Of a stretch of 64,000 nt of DNA, positions 37,624-47,074 are shown piece after piece. A program made the position numbers and the translations under genes. Under the pieces are notes generated by a model. The model was not told where the DNA came from and ran no database searches. It was given only the letters and a program-made list of their open reading frames with translations. Origin of the DNA: Candidatus Altiarchaeales archaeon (lineage in GTDB: Archaea > Altiarchaeota > Altiarchaeia > IMC4 > SCGC-AAA252-I15); the NCBI GenBank assembly GCA_014727915.1, contig WJMO01000006.1, positions 192,001 through 256,000 of the forward strand, written 5' to 3'. Every line of letters starts with the position of its first letter. The stretch's first letter is position 1.

Positions 37624-38002
37624 TCAACCTATCACCTGGCGGCATTTCGCCTGGGATATCATAGTGTTCTTCGCGGTGCTGGCCAGCATAGTGTCCGTGT
37701 CACTGGAGTATGTCCTGGAATTGGATGAGAGCGAGATTGCCGTGTTGTATGTGATAGACGTTGCGGCTCTGACAGTGTTCATCGCCGACCTCTGGATGCT
37801 ATGGACACACTTCAACGGGCCTCTCCGGGAGTTCGTCTTCAGGAACTGGCTGGACGTGCTGTCAGCGATCCCGGTGTTCAGGATAATCAGGATCGCCAGG
37901 TACGGTCGGCTGCTGAAACTGGCCCGGATGAGAAGGCTCAGCAAGCTCAGGAGGGTGGTTGAGGTGGAGGAGAAACTGGACAGGGAGCTGGTGAGGGAAT
38001 AG
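37613..38002 (+). CDS. Stand-alone voltage-sensor-like (S1-S4) membrane protein without a pore domain
   Basis: F-x-x-D in S2, NWLDVLSAIP in S3, FRIIRIARYGRLLKLAR in S4. Confidence 0.7.
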   Translation: MEDNQPITWRHFAWDIIVFFAVLASIVSVSLEYVLELDESEIAVLYVIDVAALTVFIADLWMLWTHFNGPLREFVFRNWLDVLSAIPVFRIIRIARYGRLLKLARMRRLSKLRRVVEVEEKLDRELVRE

Positions 38003-38034
38003 TCTTATTAACCGGCTGGGTTTAATGTGTTTCT

Positions 38035-39321
38035 ATGTCAGACGCCGAGGCGCTAGTCGAAGAGGGTTTGAAGGCTGCCAGGGAGAAAAGGTTCGACGAC
38101 GCTGTTCTGAAGTTCAGGCAGGCGTTGGACTCCGACCCGGACAACATAGGAGGGTTGTTGGGTTTGGCTTCCGCGCTGTCCAGCCTGGGCGAGTTCGACG
38201 AGGCGTTGGACACGCTTAGCAAGGTACTGCAGCTGGAACCAGGAAATGGGATAGCCCACCTGGACACTGGGAAGGTCTACTACAGCAGGGGGAATTTCCC
38301 AGCGGCCGTTGAGCACTTCAACAAGGCCATAGGATCCGATGATAGCATGGTAGACGCGTATGTGCGTGCTTCGATGGCCCATCAGAAGATGAGGGATTTC
38401 GACTCTGCGCTGAGGGTCCTGGACAAGGGCTTGAAGAAGGCGGGGGAGGAGAGTGACCTATACTATGAGCTCGGGGAAACTCACTTCCTGAGCCGTAACC
38501 TGGGGGAGGCCATCAGGTCCATGGAGAAGGCGGTGGAGATTAAGCCTGACAACCACAAGGCCTACTCCGAACTTGGGTACATGTACGAGGCAGAAGGCCG
38601 GCTGGAACGGGCCGCAGAATGCTGGGAGCGATCCTATGAGATCATGCCATACGCACGGTACAAGAAGAAGGCCCTGCTGACCCGGAAGAGGCTGGAGAAG
38701 GGGGACACGTCCACGGTGGACGCATACGATCATTTCATGCAGGCGGAGATATTCAGAAAGGGGGGTAAAACAGAGGAGGCATTGGACCAGCTCTCCAAGG
38801 CCTTGGAGAAAGACCATGGTTTCTCGGAGGCTTACATGCTCGGGGGATTCATCAGGTTCACAGGGAAGAACTATGTGGAGGCGATCGAAGACTACCTCAA
38901 GGTTTTGGAGTTGGACAGCCGATGCCAGCAGGCCCACTATTTCATCGGGGAATCCTACAGCAGGTTGAGGGATGACAGGACCGCGTTGAAGCATTTGGAG
39001 AGGGCGGCGGAACTGCTTCCGGACGATGCCAGAGTATACAGCGCCAAGGCCAAGATCCACATAGGAAAGGACTACCACAGGGCATATGAGGAGATCAGCG
39101 CGGCCGTTAACCGCAATCCAACGTCAGCGACATACCACACCCAGAAGGGCATGATACTCGAACGGCTTCACCGGCTGGACGAAGCCCGGACAGCCTACGA
39201 GCGCGCAATCAAACTCGACCCCAAGTCCAAGACCGCCACTTTGAAGCTGTCAAGGCTGGGCAAGGAAACCGCGACAGTCCACGAGGAGGACAAGGAAGAG
39301 CACCTCGAGGGATACAGGTGA
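38035..39321 (+). CDS. Tetratricopeptide repeat protein
   Basis: Repeated 34-aa TPR consensus (LG...EA...KA-x3-P). Confidence 0.92.
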   Translation: MSDAEALVEEGLKAAREKRFDDAVLKFRQALDSDPDNIGGLLGLASALSSLGEFDEALDTLSKVLQLEPGNGIAHLDTGKVYYSRGNFPAAVEHFNKAIGSDDSMVDAYVRASMAHQKMRDFDSALRVLDKGLKKAGEESDLYYELGETHFLSRNLGEAIRSMEKAVEIKPDNHKAYSELGYMYEAEGRLERAAECWERSYEIMPYARYKKKALLTRKRLEKGDTSTVDAYDHFMQAEIFRKGGKTEEALDQLSKALEKDHGFSEAYMLGGFIRFTGKNYVEAIEDYLKVLELDSRCQQAHYFIGESYSRLRDDRTALKHLERAAELLPDDARVYSAKAKIHIGKDYHRAYEEISAAVNRNPTSATYHTQKGMILERLHRLDEARTAYERAIKLDPKSKTATLKLSRLGKETATVHEEDKEEHLEGYR

Positions 39322-39325
39322 GGAG

Positions 39326-39787
39326 ATGAAAATAACCGAGAGATTCCGATCATGCGCAAAGACTGCTGGAAGGGCCCATTACATATTTATCGGGTTGTTA
39401 ACCGCACAGTTTTTGACTGGGTTGTCCATGATCCTGACGGGAGCGTTCTCCAATGTGGGACTAGTCATCTTGCCATTTATTGGGATGGTGATTGGACTCC
39501 TTATGTTCGGTTCCGTAGCCTACATAGGCTTCAAGCTTGCTAGGAGCGGGCTGGAGTTTCAGGAGATAATCGTGGCAGGAGCAGCCTACGGCCTATTGAT
39601 GGGGGTTTTACCCTCAATTTTCTTCGTTTTGGTGTTTTTATCTCCGGGGTCTCCGTTCTCCGACAGCCCTCCAACCCTAACCACGCTCATAACGGTTATG
39701 TTCATACCCCTAAACCTGTTCTTCGGAACATTCTGGGGTTTGGGCCTGGCCCTGGTTGGGGGGATAGCCGGGAGAAACCGACCATAG
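39326..39787 (+). CDS. Four-TM membrane protein
   Basis: Hydrophobic 153-aa ORF 4 bp downstream of the TPR gene. Confidence 0.7.
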   Translation: MKITERFRSCAKTAGRAHYIFIGLLTAQFLTGLSMILTGAFSNVGLVILPFIGMVIGLLMFGSVAYIGFKLARSGLEFQEIIVAGAAYGLLMGVLPSIFFVLVFLSPGSPFSDSPPTLTTLITVMFIPLNLFFGTFWGLGLALVGGIAGRNRP

Positions 39788-39793
39788 GCGGAG

Positions 39794-40996
39794 CTAGTAC
39801 TGGTCCAGCTCCACCTTGGGTATTGTTATCTCGCACCGGTTCTCGATGTCCCAGAGGCTGTAGATCTCCCGGGAGGTTATGAAGGATATCGCCTTCCCGG
39901 TCTTGCCGGCGCGGCCTGTGCGGCCTATCCGGTGGACGTAGCTCTCCGGGTCCTGGGGTATGTCGTAGTTGAACACGTGGCTCACGTCGTCTATGTCCAA
40001 GCCCCTCGCGGCAACGTCGGTTGCGACCAGGAATTTGAACTTGTTCTTCCGGAAGCCTTCCATCACATGCTCCCTCTGCTTCTGGCTGAGGTCTCCGTGT
40101 ATGGCCTTCGCGTCCAAACCCCTGCGCTTCATCAATTTGATGAGCGTGTCAGCCCACCGTTTGGTGTTGCAGAAGACTATCGCGCTGGAGGGGTTCTCCT
40201 TCTCGACAACGTCGATGAACACGTCCAGTTTCTCGTCCTGGCCGATCTCATAGTAGCACTGGTCTATCTCGTCCACGACGAGGTCGTCCTCTCCAGTCGA
40301 GATGTTCAGGGGGTTCCGGGTTATCGACTTGGCGAGTTCCTTTATCTTCTCACCGATGGTCGCGCTGAACAGCATCGTCTGCCTGTCACGTGGCGTGTGG
40401 GATATTATCCTGCGTATGTCGTCGATGAATCCCATGTCCAGCATCCTGTCCGCCTCGTCCAATACGAGCATGCGCACGCCATCCAGGCGGAGCGCCCTCC
40501 TGTTAACCAGGTCGAGTATCCGCCCGGGAGTGCCGACAACGACTTGCGGGCCCTTTCGGACCATGTCGGCGTGCGCGTTAACGCTCTTGCCACCGTAGAC
40601 GCAGGCTACATTAACTCTTTTTTTGTAGCCGATCTTCTTGACCTCGCCGGCGACCTGTATCGCCAACTCCCTCGTGGGAGCCACTATCAAAGATTGAACC
40701 CTCCTCTGCTGGGGGTTTACGCCCTCTATGATGGGTATGGCGAAGGCGAGGGTCTTGCCCGTGCCCGTCTTCGCCTGCGCTATCATGTCACGGCCCTCAA
40801 GCAACGACGGGATCGCCTCGCTCTGTATGGGCATGGGAGTCTCCATCCCATGATAGTTAAGGTCCTTCATTACATTGGTACTGAGGTCCAAACCGTCAAA
40901 TCCACTGCTTCTGTCTGCTTTACCTATATTATCCGTATTTTCCGCTACGTGTCCTATAGTTTCCATTCTAATCTCTACATTGTCCATAGTGTCCAT
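39794..40996 (-). CDS. DEAD-box RNA helicase
   Basis: AKTGTGKT, PTRELA, GTPGR, DEAD, SAT, ARGLD, HRIGRTGR. Confidence 0.97.
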   Translation of the reverse strand: MDTMDNVEIRMETIGHVAENTDNIGKADRSSGFDGLDLSTNVMKDLNYHGMETPMPIQSEAIPSLLEGRDMIAQAKTGTGKTLAFAIPIIEGVNPQQRRVQSLIVAPTRELAIQVAGEVKKIGYKKRVNVACVYGGKSVNAHADMVRKGPQVVVGTPGRILDLVNRRALRLDGVRMLVLDEADRMLDMGFIDDIRRIISHTPRDRQTMLFSATIGEKIKELAKSITRNPLNISTGEDDLVVDEIDQCYYEIGQDEKLDVFIDVVEKENPSSAIVFCNTKRWADTLIKLMKRRGLDAKAIHGDLSQKQREHVMEGFRKNKFKFLVATDVAARGLDIDDVSHVFNYDIPQDPESYVHRIGRTGRAGKTGKAISFITSREIYSLWDIENRCEITIPKVELDQY

Positions 40997-41204
40997 TCTA
41001 TTCTATTTCTCAATTTTTTACACGTAGAATCAGGGTTCCTTCCTCACTTGCCTAGTTTTTCAGGTGAAAGTGATACGAATTATCAACAATCTGATAAGTC
41101 TGAATCCAAATTCTACTCAACTACAAACAAAAAGGAAAGACTAGCTTATAAATCAAACAAAAAAAAGGGAAAAATGAACGTTCATATGATAAGGTATGAA
41201 AGTT

Positions 41205-41348
41205 CGCCCCCGCAAGGACTTGAACCTTGGACCACTCGATAGCTGCAACCTGTTACCGGAATGCTGTTTTCCGTCAACGCTTTTGCCCCGCGTAGCGGGG
41301 TAAAAGGGTTGTAACAGTCGAGCGCTCTACCAACTGAGCTACAGAGGC
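41205..41348 (-). tRNA. tRNA-Asn(GTT) with a 71-nt intron (41241-41311)
   Basis: GCCTCTG/CGGGGGC-G acceptor, CTCGA/TCGAG stem; BHB with CTGT/GCAG central helix and AACC/GGTT intron helix. Confidence 0.95.
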
Positions 41349-41457
41349 GTGCGTGTAGCTGGATGTTTGTTCTTCCCAGTTTATTATGGCTGGTGCATTG
41401 GTCTAAAATATTGGGGTAGTCCCTCCTTAAAAAAAGTATATGGAGGGAACATTACCA

Positions 41458-41540
41458 AGGTCATCGAGGACCGTGGGTCCGAAGACCCAGGAAACGCGGA
41501 CGTTTCTGGGCGCAGAGACCGAAGGTCTCTATCGTGACCT
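41458..41540. repeat. Multi-hairpin palindromic element between rpl15e and tRNA-Asn
   Basis: Outer AGGTCA/TGACCT enclosing GGGTC-CGAA-GACCC, GAAACG-CGGA-CGTTTC and AGAGACC-GAA-GGTCTCT. Confidence 0.7.
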
Positions 41541-41559
41541 AATCGTTGACGGATTTCCG

Positions 41560-42147
41560 TCATTTGGCGAGGTTTTTGTTGGCTCGGAGGCTTGGCCTTA
41601 CTTTCTCGGCTCCTTTGCCCTTGTTCCGCTGTCCCCTGCCTTTTTTGCCGGCGGGTGTTTTCCCCCGGAATACCCTGCCCCGGTCTTGTTTGCTCATCCA
41701 CCCTATTTTCCTGTCTTTCTGTATGGCCGGGTGGCTTGGGTCTACGAGTATTACCTCATACCATTTGTTTTTGCCGTCCTCCAGCACCCAATATGAGGCT
41801 AGGACTTGGAGGTTGGGGTAGTGTTTGGCTGCCCTCTCCTCCGCTATCCGCTGGATGCTCTTGGCGGCTGTGATCTTGCGGACTCCCATGCGCTTGGGCT
41901 TCCGGCCGCGTGTGGGCCTGCTCTTCCGGAGGCTTCCCCGGCGCACTTTCACCCGGGCGACTATGAATCCTTGTTTGGCCCGGTATCCGTAGTGGCGTGC
42001 GCGGTCTATCCTAGTCGGGTTCTCCACGCGCACTATTGGCTTGTCCTTCCGCCAGGCCTTCTTCCTCTCCACCAGCACGTCCCCCATCTTGTCCTTCATA
42101 GTGTCCTTGGACGTGTATAGTTCCTTGACGTATTTGCTGTATCCCAT
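41560..42147 (-). CDS. rpl15e: 50S ribosomal protein eL15
   Basis: PTRIDRAR-x-x-GY-x-AKQG, IAEERA, NL-x-VL-x-SY, YEVILVDP, RGRVFRG. Confidence 0.97.
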   Translation of the reverse strand: MGYSKYVKELYTSKDTMKDKMGDVLVERKKAWRKDKPIVRVENPTRIDRARHYGYRAKQGFIVARVKVRRGSLRKSRPTRGRKPKRMGVRKITAAKSIQRIAEERAAKHYPNLQVLASYWVLEDGKNKWYEVILVDPSHPAIQKDRKIGWMSKQDRGRVFRGKTPAGKKGRGQRNKGKGAEKVRPSLRANKNLAK

Positions 42148-42162
42148 AGTATCTCACCATTT

Positions 42163-42210
42163 TCCCGCTCGGATTCACGGCCTTCTGTGCCGCACACCTC
42201 CGACCCCCCA
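42163..42210 (-). promoter_or_regulatory. Candidate structured eL15 ribosomal leader
   Basis: TCGGA...CGGC-loop-GCCG-TGAA-TCCGA stem just upstream of the rpl15e ribosome-binding site; eL15 leaders are known in Euryarchaeota. Confidence 0.45.
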
Positions 42211-42289
42211 TGTTTAGGGAGGTTTTGGGTAGGGAATATATACTGCACCCTCGTTTAAAAATGCTATTTAAGGGGTTTTTCCAAAGTAT

Positions 42290-42919
42290 ATGGTAATGCC
42301 TTGGAAGAAGTTCGTGAAGTGGTTCAAGGGGATGTTCGGCAAGCGCAAGATCATACGATTAGGCCTCTATGGGCCGCCTAATTCTGGCAAGACCACGTTA
42401 GCCAACAAGATATCCGTCGACTGGACGGGGGAGCCCCTAGGCCCAGCTAGTGAGGTGCCCCATGAGACCCGTGAGGTGCAGAGGAAGGAGCATGTTGTGG
42501 TGGAATCGGACGGGCGGAAGATCGAGATGAACCTGTTGGACATGCCTGGTATCGCCACCAAGATAGACTTCGAGGAGTTCCTAGAGTATGGGATGAGCAA
42601 ATCCGACGCCCAGAAGAGGGCGAAGGAGGCGACCAAGGGGGTTATCGAGGCCATCAAGTGGCTGGAGAACGTGGACACCGCATTGGTGGTGATGGACAGC
42701 ACCGAGGACCCGTACACGCAGGTGAACATCACCATAATCGGGAACCTGGAGGCCCGGGACATACCGGTCATAATAGTCGCCAACAAGATAGACTTGGAGG
42801 ACGCGGAGCCGGAGAAGATAAGGGAGGCGTTCCCCCAGCACCCGGTGGTCGAGATATCCGGTTTGAAGGGGGATCACGTGGACGACCTATACAAGGCGAT
42901 AGCAAAGCATTCAAGGTAA
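42290..42919 (+). CDS. oapA: Era-like GTP-binding protein (OapA)
   Basis: GPPNSGKTTLAN, PHETR, DMPG, NKID; first gene of the conserved archaeal three-gene cluster. Confidence 0.9.
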   Translation: MVMPWKKFVKWFKGMFGKRKIIRLGLYGPPNSGKTTLANKISVDWTGEPLGPASEVPHETREVQRKEHVVVESDGRKIEMNLLDMPGIATKIDFEEFLEYGMSKSDAQKRAKEATKGVIEAIKWLENVDTALVVMDSTEDPYTQVNITIIGNLEARDIPVIIVANKIDLEDAEPEKIREAFPQHPVVEISGLKGDHVDDLYKAIAKHSR

Positions 42920-42920
42920 G

Positions 42921-43310
42921 ATGAGCGTTAAACTCGAGTTCGTTTCGGCGAACGTGCTGGCGGGCATGAGCAGGGGGGAGAAGATGAGTTACATACTCGA
43001 CCATGTGAAGGAGGACAAGATACTCGTGATAGAGGAGGGCATGAGCGCCGTCGAAGAGGGCGAGCTGATAACCGCGACGATGGAGTTGGTCGACAAGAAG
43101 TTCTCGGGCATAGAAGTCAGCACGCTGAGGGAGAAGAGCGAGGAGGGCATAAGGGAGAAGCTGATAAGGATGCTCGGCGGTCGGACGGGAGGTTTGACAG
43201 TCATCGGTCCGTCAAAGCTGGTCAGACAGATCAAGAAGGACCCAAGGCACATATCATTGCTGGCAGGCGAAGACGAGGAGCGGGAGAAGAGCAGCAAACG
43301 GAAAAAGTAA
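42921..43310 (+). CDS. oapB: DUF2073 family protein (OapB)
   Basis: ILVIEEG...LI-x-x-TM...FSGIE...LTVIGP. Confidence 0.88.
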   Translation: MSVKLEFVSANVLAGMSRGEKMSYILDHVKEDKILVIEEGMSAVEEGELITATMELVDKKFSGIEVSTLREKSEEGIREKLIRMLGGRTGGLTVIGPSKLVRQIKKDPRHISLLAGEDEEREKSSKRKK

Positions 43311-43364
43311 CTCAGAGGATACCAGCAGGCTTTTTATGCAAAGCATTTAATAGTACATTGTACT

Positions 43365-43745
43365 ATGCCACATAAGTGTGCGCGCTGCTCCAGGATATTC
43401 GAGGACGGGGCACCGGAGCTGAGCGAAGGCTGCGGATGCGGCAGCAGGGTATTTCTCTATTTGAGGGCTGACTACGCAGGGACCAAGGAGGAGACCATCA
43501 AGGTCCTGGAGGAGAAGGAGATAAGCGAGAGCGACCTTGAATGGCTGGATGACGAGTTCAAGGACCGGCTGAGGGAGACTGGGAAGCCGGTAAGCCTGGA
43601 CATAGAGAACGTGCTGAGGGTCGACGAGGGCAAGTTCCACCTGAACCTCCAGAGCCTCATGCGAGGAGAGCCGGTCGTCATAAAAGCAGCTGAGGGAGTC
43701 TACTACATCGACATACAGTATGGGATGAAGCCTAAGAGGAAGTGA
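43365..43745 (+). CDS. oapC: Zn-ribbon DUF2072 family protein (OapC)
   Basis: MPHKC-x-x-C...GC-x-CG...F-x-Y, G-x-Y-x-ID. Confidence 0.88.
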   Translation: MPHKCARCSRIFEDGAPELSEGCGCGSRVFLYLRADYAGTKEETIKVLEEKEISESDLEWLDDEFKDRLRETGKPVSLDIENVLRVDEGKFHLNLQSLMRGEPVVIKAAEGVYYIDIQYGMKPKRK

Positions 43746-44549
43746 TCACCTAATGCGCTTCCGGGCTTCTTCCAGCATTATCTGCGCCACGAACCAAGCG
43801 AGCCTGCGGTCGTGTTTGTGGGAGTAGCCGTTGTCGTTTGGCATGTACTCTTCCTCATATTGTATCCTGTCCGCCGGCTTGTACCTGGGGTGGACTCCCC
43901 GGTCATCCCTGACCAGGTAGCCGATGCCCGTCGACCTGGCAGCAGAGTCCAGGAACACCGCAGCCCTGTGTATCATATCACGGCGCTCACGGTTTCCGCC
44001 CTCAACCCCTGGGAAAAGCTTGTTGTATCCGTCAACTTCCGAGCTGGAATATAGAAGAAACTTCTCGGACCTGCCCGCGCCGACGAAGCTGGAGAGGAGG
44101 GAGGGTATCGACCCTTCCATGCCGCTGTCCAGGAAAACGTAGCCGCGTGCATCTTCTGGCGTGACGTTCCTGCCGGCAAGGTAGTCGACGACCAGGTTCT
44201 CGCCGCCCTCCCTTTGCAATGCCTCCATCAGAACCTTCTCAGGCAGGTCCAAAAGGATTATGTCATCGCGTGGTATGCCATGGTTGGGAGCTAGCTTCCT
44301 GCCCACCAGGTAGGGCAGCCTGCACGCCCCTCCTATGTGCACCATCTTCCTCCCTCTGAAACGTTCTAGGACGTGCTCTTCGAAGTCGCAGACCACCGGG
44401 GCGCTCTTCTTCGCCAAGGCTATGGTTCCTGCGAAATCCACCTGATCCAGCCTGTCAGGCATTTGGAGGTGCACCTGGCCTATGTAATCCTCAAGGGATT
44501 GGTCGGGCGCTCTTCCGATGCCAGGCCAGTTCTGTATAACCCTCGTCAT
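43746..44549 (-). CDS. Hypothetical protein (orphan)
   Basis: 267-aa ORF with a VFLDSGMEGSI motif of unknown significance. Confidence 0.65.
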   Translation of the reverse strand: MTRVIQNWPGIGRAPDQSLEDYIGQVHLQMPDRLDQVDFAGTIALAKKSAPVVCDFEEHVLERFRGRKMVHIGGACRLPYLVGRKLAPNHGIPRDDIILLDLPEKVLMEALQREGGENLVVDYLAGRNVTPEDARGYVFLDSGMEGSIPSLLSSFVGAGRSEKFLLYSSSEVDGYNKLFPGVEGGNRERRDMIHRAAVFLDSAARSTGIGYLVRDDRGVHPRYKPADRIQYEEEYMPNDNGYSHKHDRRLAWFVAQIMLEEARKRIR

Positions 44550-44617
44550 CCTAGGATATACTCTAGGAACCTGGATAATTTATTTGTCTTTTAATCGCTG
44601 ACACATAGTATATTGAG

Positions 44618-45949
44618 ATGATCCACCCCATAGAAGGCCGCTACGGACGCGCTGAAGTGAAAGCTGTTTTTGAGGAGGAGAACAAGCTCCAGCGGATGCT
44701 CGACGTCGAAGCCGCGCTTTCCCGGGCGCATGCGGCGGTTGGGAACATCCCGAAGAAGGACGCCGACATAATATCCCGGAAGGCCAAGACAAGGCATGTC
44801 AAGGTGGCGAGGGTGAGGGCCATAGAGCGGGAGATAAACCATGATGTGATGGCCGTGGTGAAAGCGCTGTCAGAGCAGTGCGGGGAGTCCGGTAAGCACG
44901 TCCACCTTGGAGCCACATCCAACGACATAACGGACACCGCGCTCGCATTGCAGCTGAAGGACTACATCGCATGCTTGGAGGACGCGCTTAAGGGCGTGAG
45001 GAAGGAGCTAGCAAGGCAGGCGAGGAAGAACATCGACCTTGTCTGCGTCGGCCGCACACACGCACAGCATGCGGTCCCCACAACATACGGTCTGAAATTC
45101 GCCATATACGCCCTTGAAGTCCAACGACACGTCGAAAGGCTGCGGGAGGCCAAGAGGAGGATACTGGTTGGTCAGATGACCGGCGCAGTCGGCACCCAGG
45201 CAGCCTTCGGAAAGCACGCCGTCAGGATACAGAGGCACGTGATGAAAGACCTGGGGCTCAGGACGGTGGAGGTCAGCAACCAGGTCATACAACGGGACAG
45301 GCACGCGGAGTTCATGCTTTTGCTCGCGCTGATAGCCGAGACATTGAACAAGGTCGCCACGGAGATACGTAACCTGCAGAGGACGGAGATAGACGAGGTC
45401 CGCGAGGGGTTCGGCAAGAAGCAGGTGGGCTCGTCGACCATGCCGCATAAGATGAACCCCATACACGCGGAGAGGATAGGCGGCATCGCAAGGGTCATAA
45501 AAGCCGACGCCATGGCAGCATTGGAGAACATCCCATTATGGCATGAGAGGGACCTCACCAACAGCAGCTGCGAGAGGATCATAATACCCGAGGCCTGCAT
45601 ACTCACAGACTACATGCTACAGCTCACCATAGACCTGGTGAAGAACCTGGCGTTCAACAAGGCCAACATAAAACGGAACCTGGAGATGACCCAGGGCCGG
45701 ATAATGGCCGAGTCGGTGATGATAAAGCTCTCGGAGAAGGGGTATGGGAGGCAGCGGGCCCACGCGGTGGTCAGGGACTGCGCCCTGGAAAGCTACCGGA
45801 AGAACATCCACTTCAAGGGCACGCTCATGAAGAACCGGACCGTCACAAAATACCTGTCAGAGGACGAGATAGACAGGGCACTTGACCCTGAACGCTATGT
45901 TGGAACCTCGAAGCAGCAGGTAAAAGCTGCGCTGAAGAAGCTCAGATGA
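44618..45949 (+). CDS. purB: Adenylosuccinate lyase
   Basis: HLGATSND, GRTHAQHA, GSSTMPHKMNP, WHERDL. Confidence 0.97.
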   Translation: MIHPIEGRYGRAEVKAVFEEENKLQRMLDVEAALSRAHAAVGNIPKKDADIISRKAKTRHVKVARVRAIEREINHDVMAVVKALSEQCGESGKHVHLGATSNDITDTALALQLKDYIACLEDALKGVRKELARQARKNIDLVCVGRTHAQHAVPTTYGLKFAIYALEVQRHVERLREAKRRILVGQMTGAVGTQAAFGKHAVRIQRHVMKDLGLRTVEVSNQVIQRDRHAEFMLLLALIAETLNKVATEIRNLQRTEIDEVREGFGKKQVGSSTMPHKMNPIHAERIGGIARVIKADAMAALENIPLWHERDLTNSSCERIIIPEACILTDYMLQLTIDLVKNLAFNKANIKRNLEMTQGRIMAESVMIKLSEKGYGRQRAHAVVRDCALESYRKNIHFKGTLMKNRTVTKYLSEDEIDRALDPERYVGTSKQQVKAALKKLR

Positions 45950-46874
45950 GGAATATCTTCTTCTTCAACACCACATAGGAAACTTCACTACCCTGGGAGA
46001 CCCCGTCCGTCGCCTTCACATCGTGGTTCTCATAGTCTTCCAAGTCCATAATCTGCACCCCGTCCGGCCGGACCTCGGTCACGATCGCCCTGCGGACGCC
46101 ATCGGAGGTCGCGAGCACCTTCGAATCCAACAGCTTGTTCATTGTGGCCGACTTCACCTTCCCAGATGACAAGTCCAGGGTCTTAACCGTCTTGCCAAGC
46201 TCCAAGACCCTCACCAGGCGCGAGCCATACTCGAGGAAATCCCCCACGCCAAAATGGGGGCTCTTTATGCTGAAATAATGCCGGTAAACATCCTTACCGT
46301 CCCTTTTCCCATATAGTTTGGAGGATTCTTTCACAAGGTAGCCGTCTCGTATGAGGTCGTTCACTTTCTCCCGAGCATAGGCCAGTGAGGTCAGATAATG
46401 GTCTACGCCCCCCTTGACCTTCTCGGCCTTCATCAGCTTATTGTAGTCTAGGTCAAGGTCCAATCCGTCCGTCCGAACCTGCAAGACCGCCTCGAAGTAT
46501 CCTGTGCCCAGCTTCCGGCAGGTGTCGCAGGTCACATGCTCCGGCACCACAGACCACTCCAACACCTCCTTCGCCTTCGCACCCTTGTAGGATACCTTAA
46601 CGTCCGCAACAAGTTTGGTCTTCCCCTTGGCGTGCTCGTGCTGGACCCTGGCAACCCTCACCTCAGCCCCGGGTGGAGCCTTCAGGCTCCGGACCACTAG
46701 ATCCTTGAACATCTCCTCCTCGTTGTCGTACCACCTGCCCTTGAAGAACTTCAAACCGCACCCGCAGAGCCTGTAACCCTGTTTCCTAATGGAAAGAGGG
46801 TGTTCCCTGAGGTAGCAGGACGCGCAGACTCCAGTGGACGGTTCGCCGCATACGGGGCACTTCAAACCTGTCAT
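45942..46874 (-). CDS. nmd3: NMD3-family ribosome biogenesis protein
   Basis: CPVCG...C-x-x-C, CDTC...GYFEAVLQVR, SKLYG-x-x-DG-x-x-VYR. Confidence 0.85.
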   Translation of the reverse strand: MTGLKCPVCGEPSTGVCASCYLREHPLSIRKQGYRLCGCGLKFFKGRWYDNEEEMFKDLVVRSLKAPPGAEVRVARVQHEHAKGKTKLVADVKVSYKGAKAKEVLEWSVVPEHVTCDTCRKLGTGYFEAVLQVRTDGLDLDLDYNKLMKAEKVKGGVDHYLTSLAYAREKVNDLIRDGYLVKESSKLYGKRDGKDVYRHYFSIKSPHFGVGDFLEYGSRLVRVLELGKTVKTLDLSSGKVKSATMNKLLDSKVLATSDGVRRAIVTEVRPDGVQIMDLEDYENHDVKATDGVSQGSEVSYVVLKKKIFLI

Positions 46875-46913
46875 GGCGTATTTATAAGGGCATTTACCCT
46901 ATAAAGTAGGGCT

Positions 46914-47069
46914 ATGGCCAGGAACAAGGAACAAGGCAAGAAGGAGGAGCTCGTGAAGGCCAACAGGGTCAGGAAGAGGGCTCCGATCTGGGTTTTCGCC
47001 AAAACCAACAGGGGCACAAGGGACAGCCCCAAGAGCAGGCGAAACTGGCGCAGAAACAGCCTATTCTAA
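46914..47069 (+). CDS. rpl39e: 50S ribosomal protein eL39 (51 aa)
   Basis: Below the track's cut-off; MARNK...APIWVFAKTNR...RRNWRR. Confidence 0.92.
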   Translation: MARNKEQGKKEELVKANRVRKRAPIWVFAKTNRGTRDSPKSRRNWRRNSLF

Positions 47070-47074
47070 ACCTC

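Noticed and set aside
39932-41242. 436-aa plus-strand ORF and similar long antisense ORFs (e.g. 32579-33529, 25950-26843)
   Set aside because: Antisense shadows of well-supported genes in GC-rich coding DNA
42290-43745. Replication origin near oapABC
   Set aside because: The cluster is origin-linked in haloarchaea, but no orc1/cdc6 gene or ORB repeats were seen here
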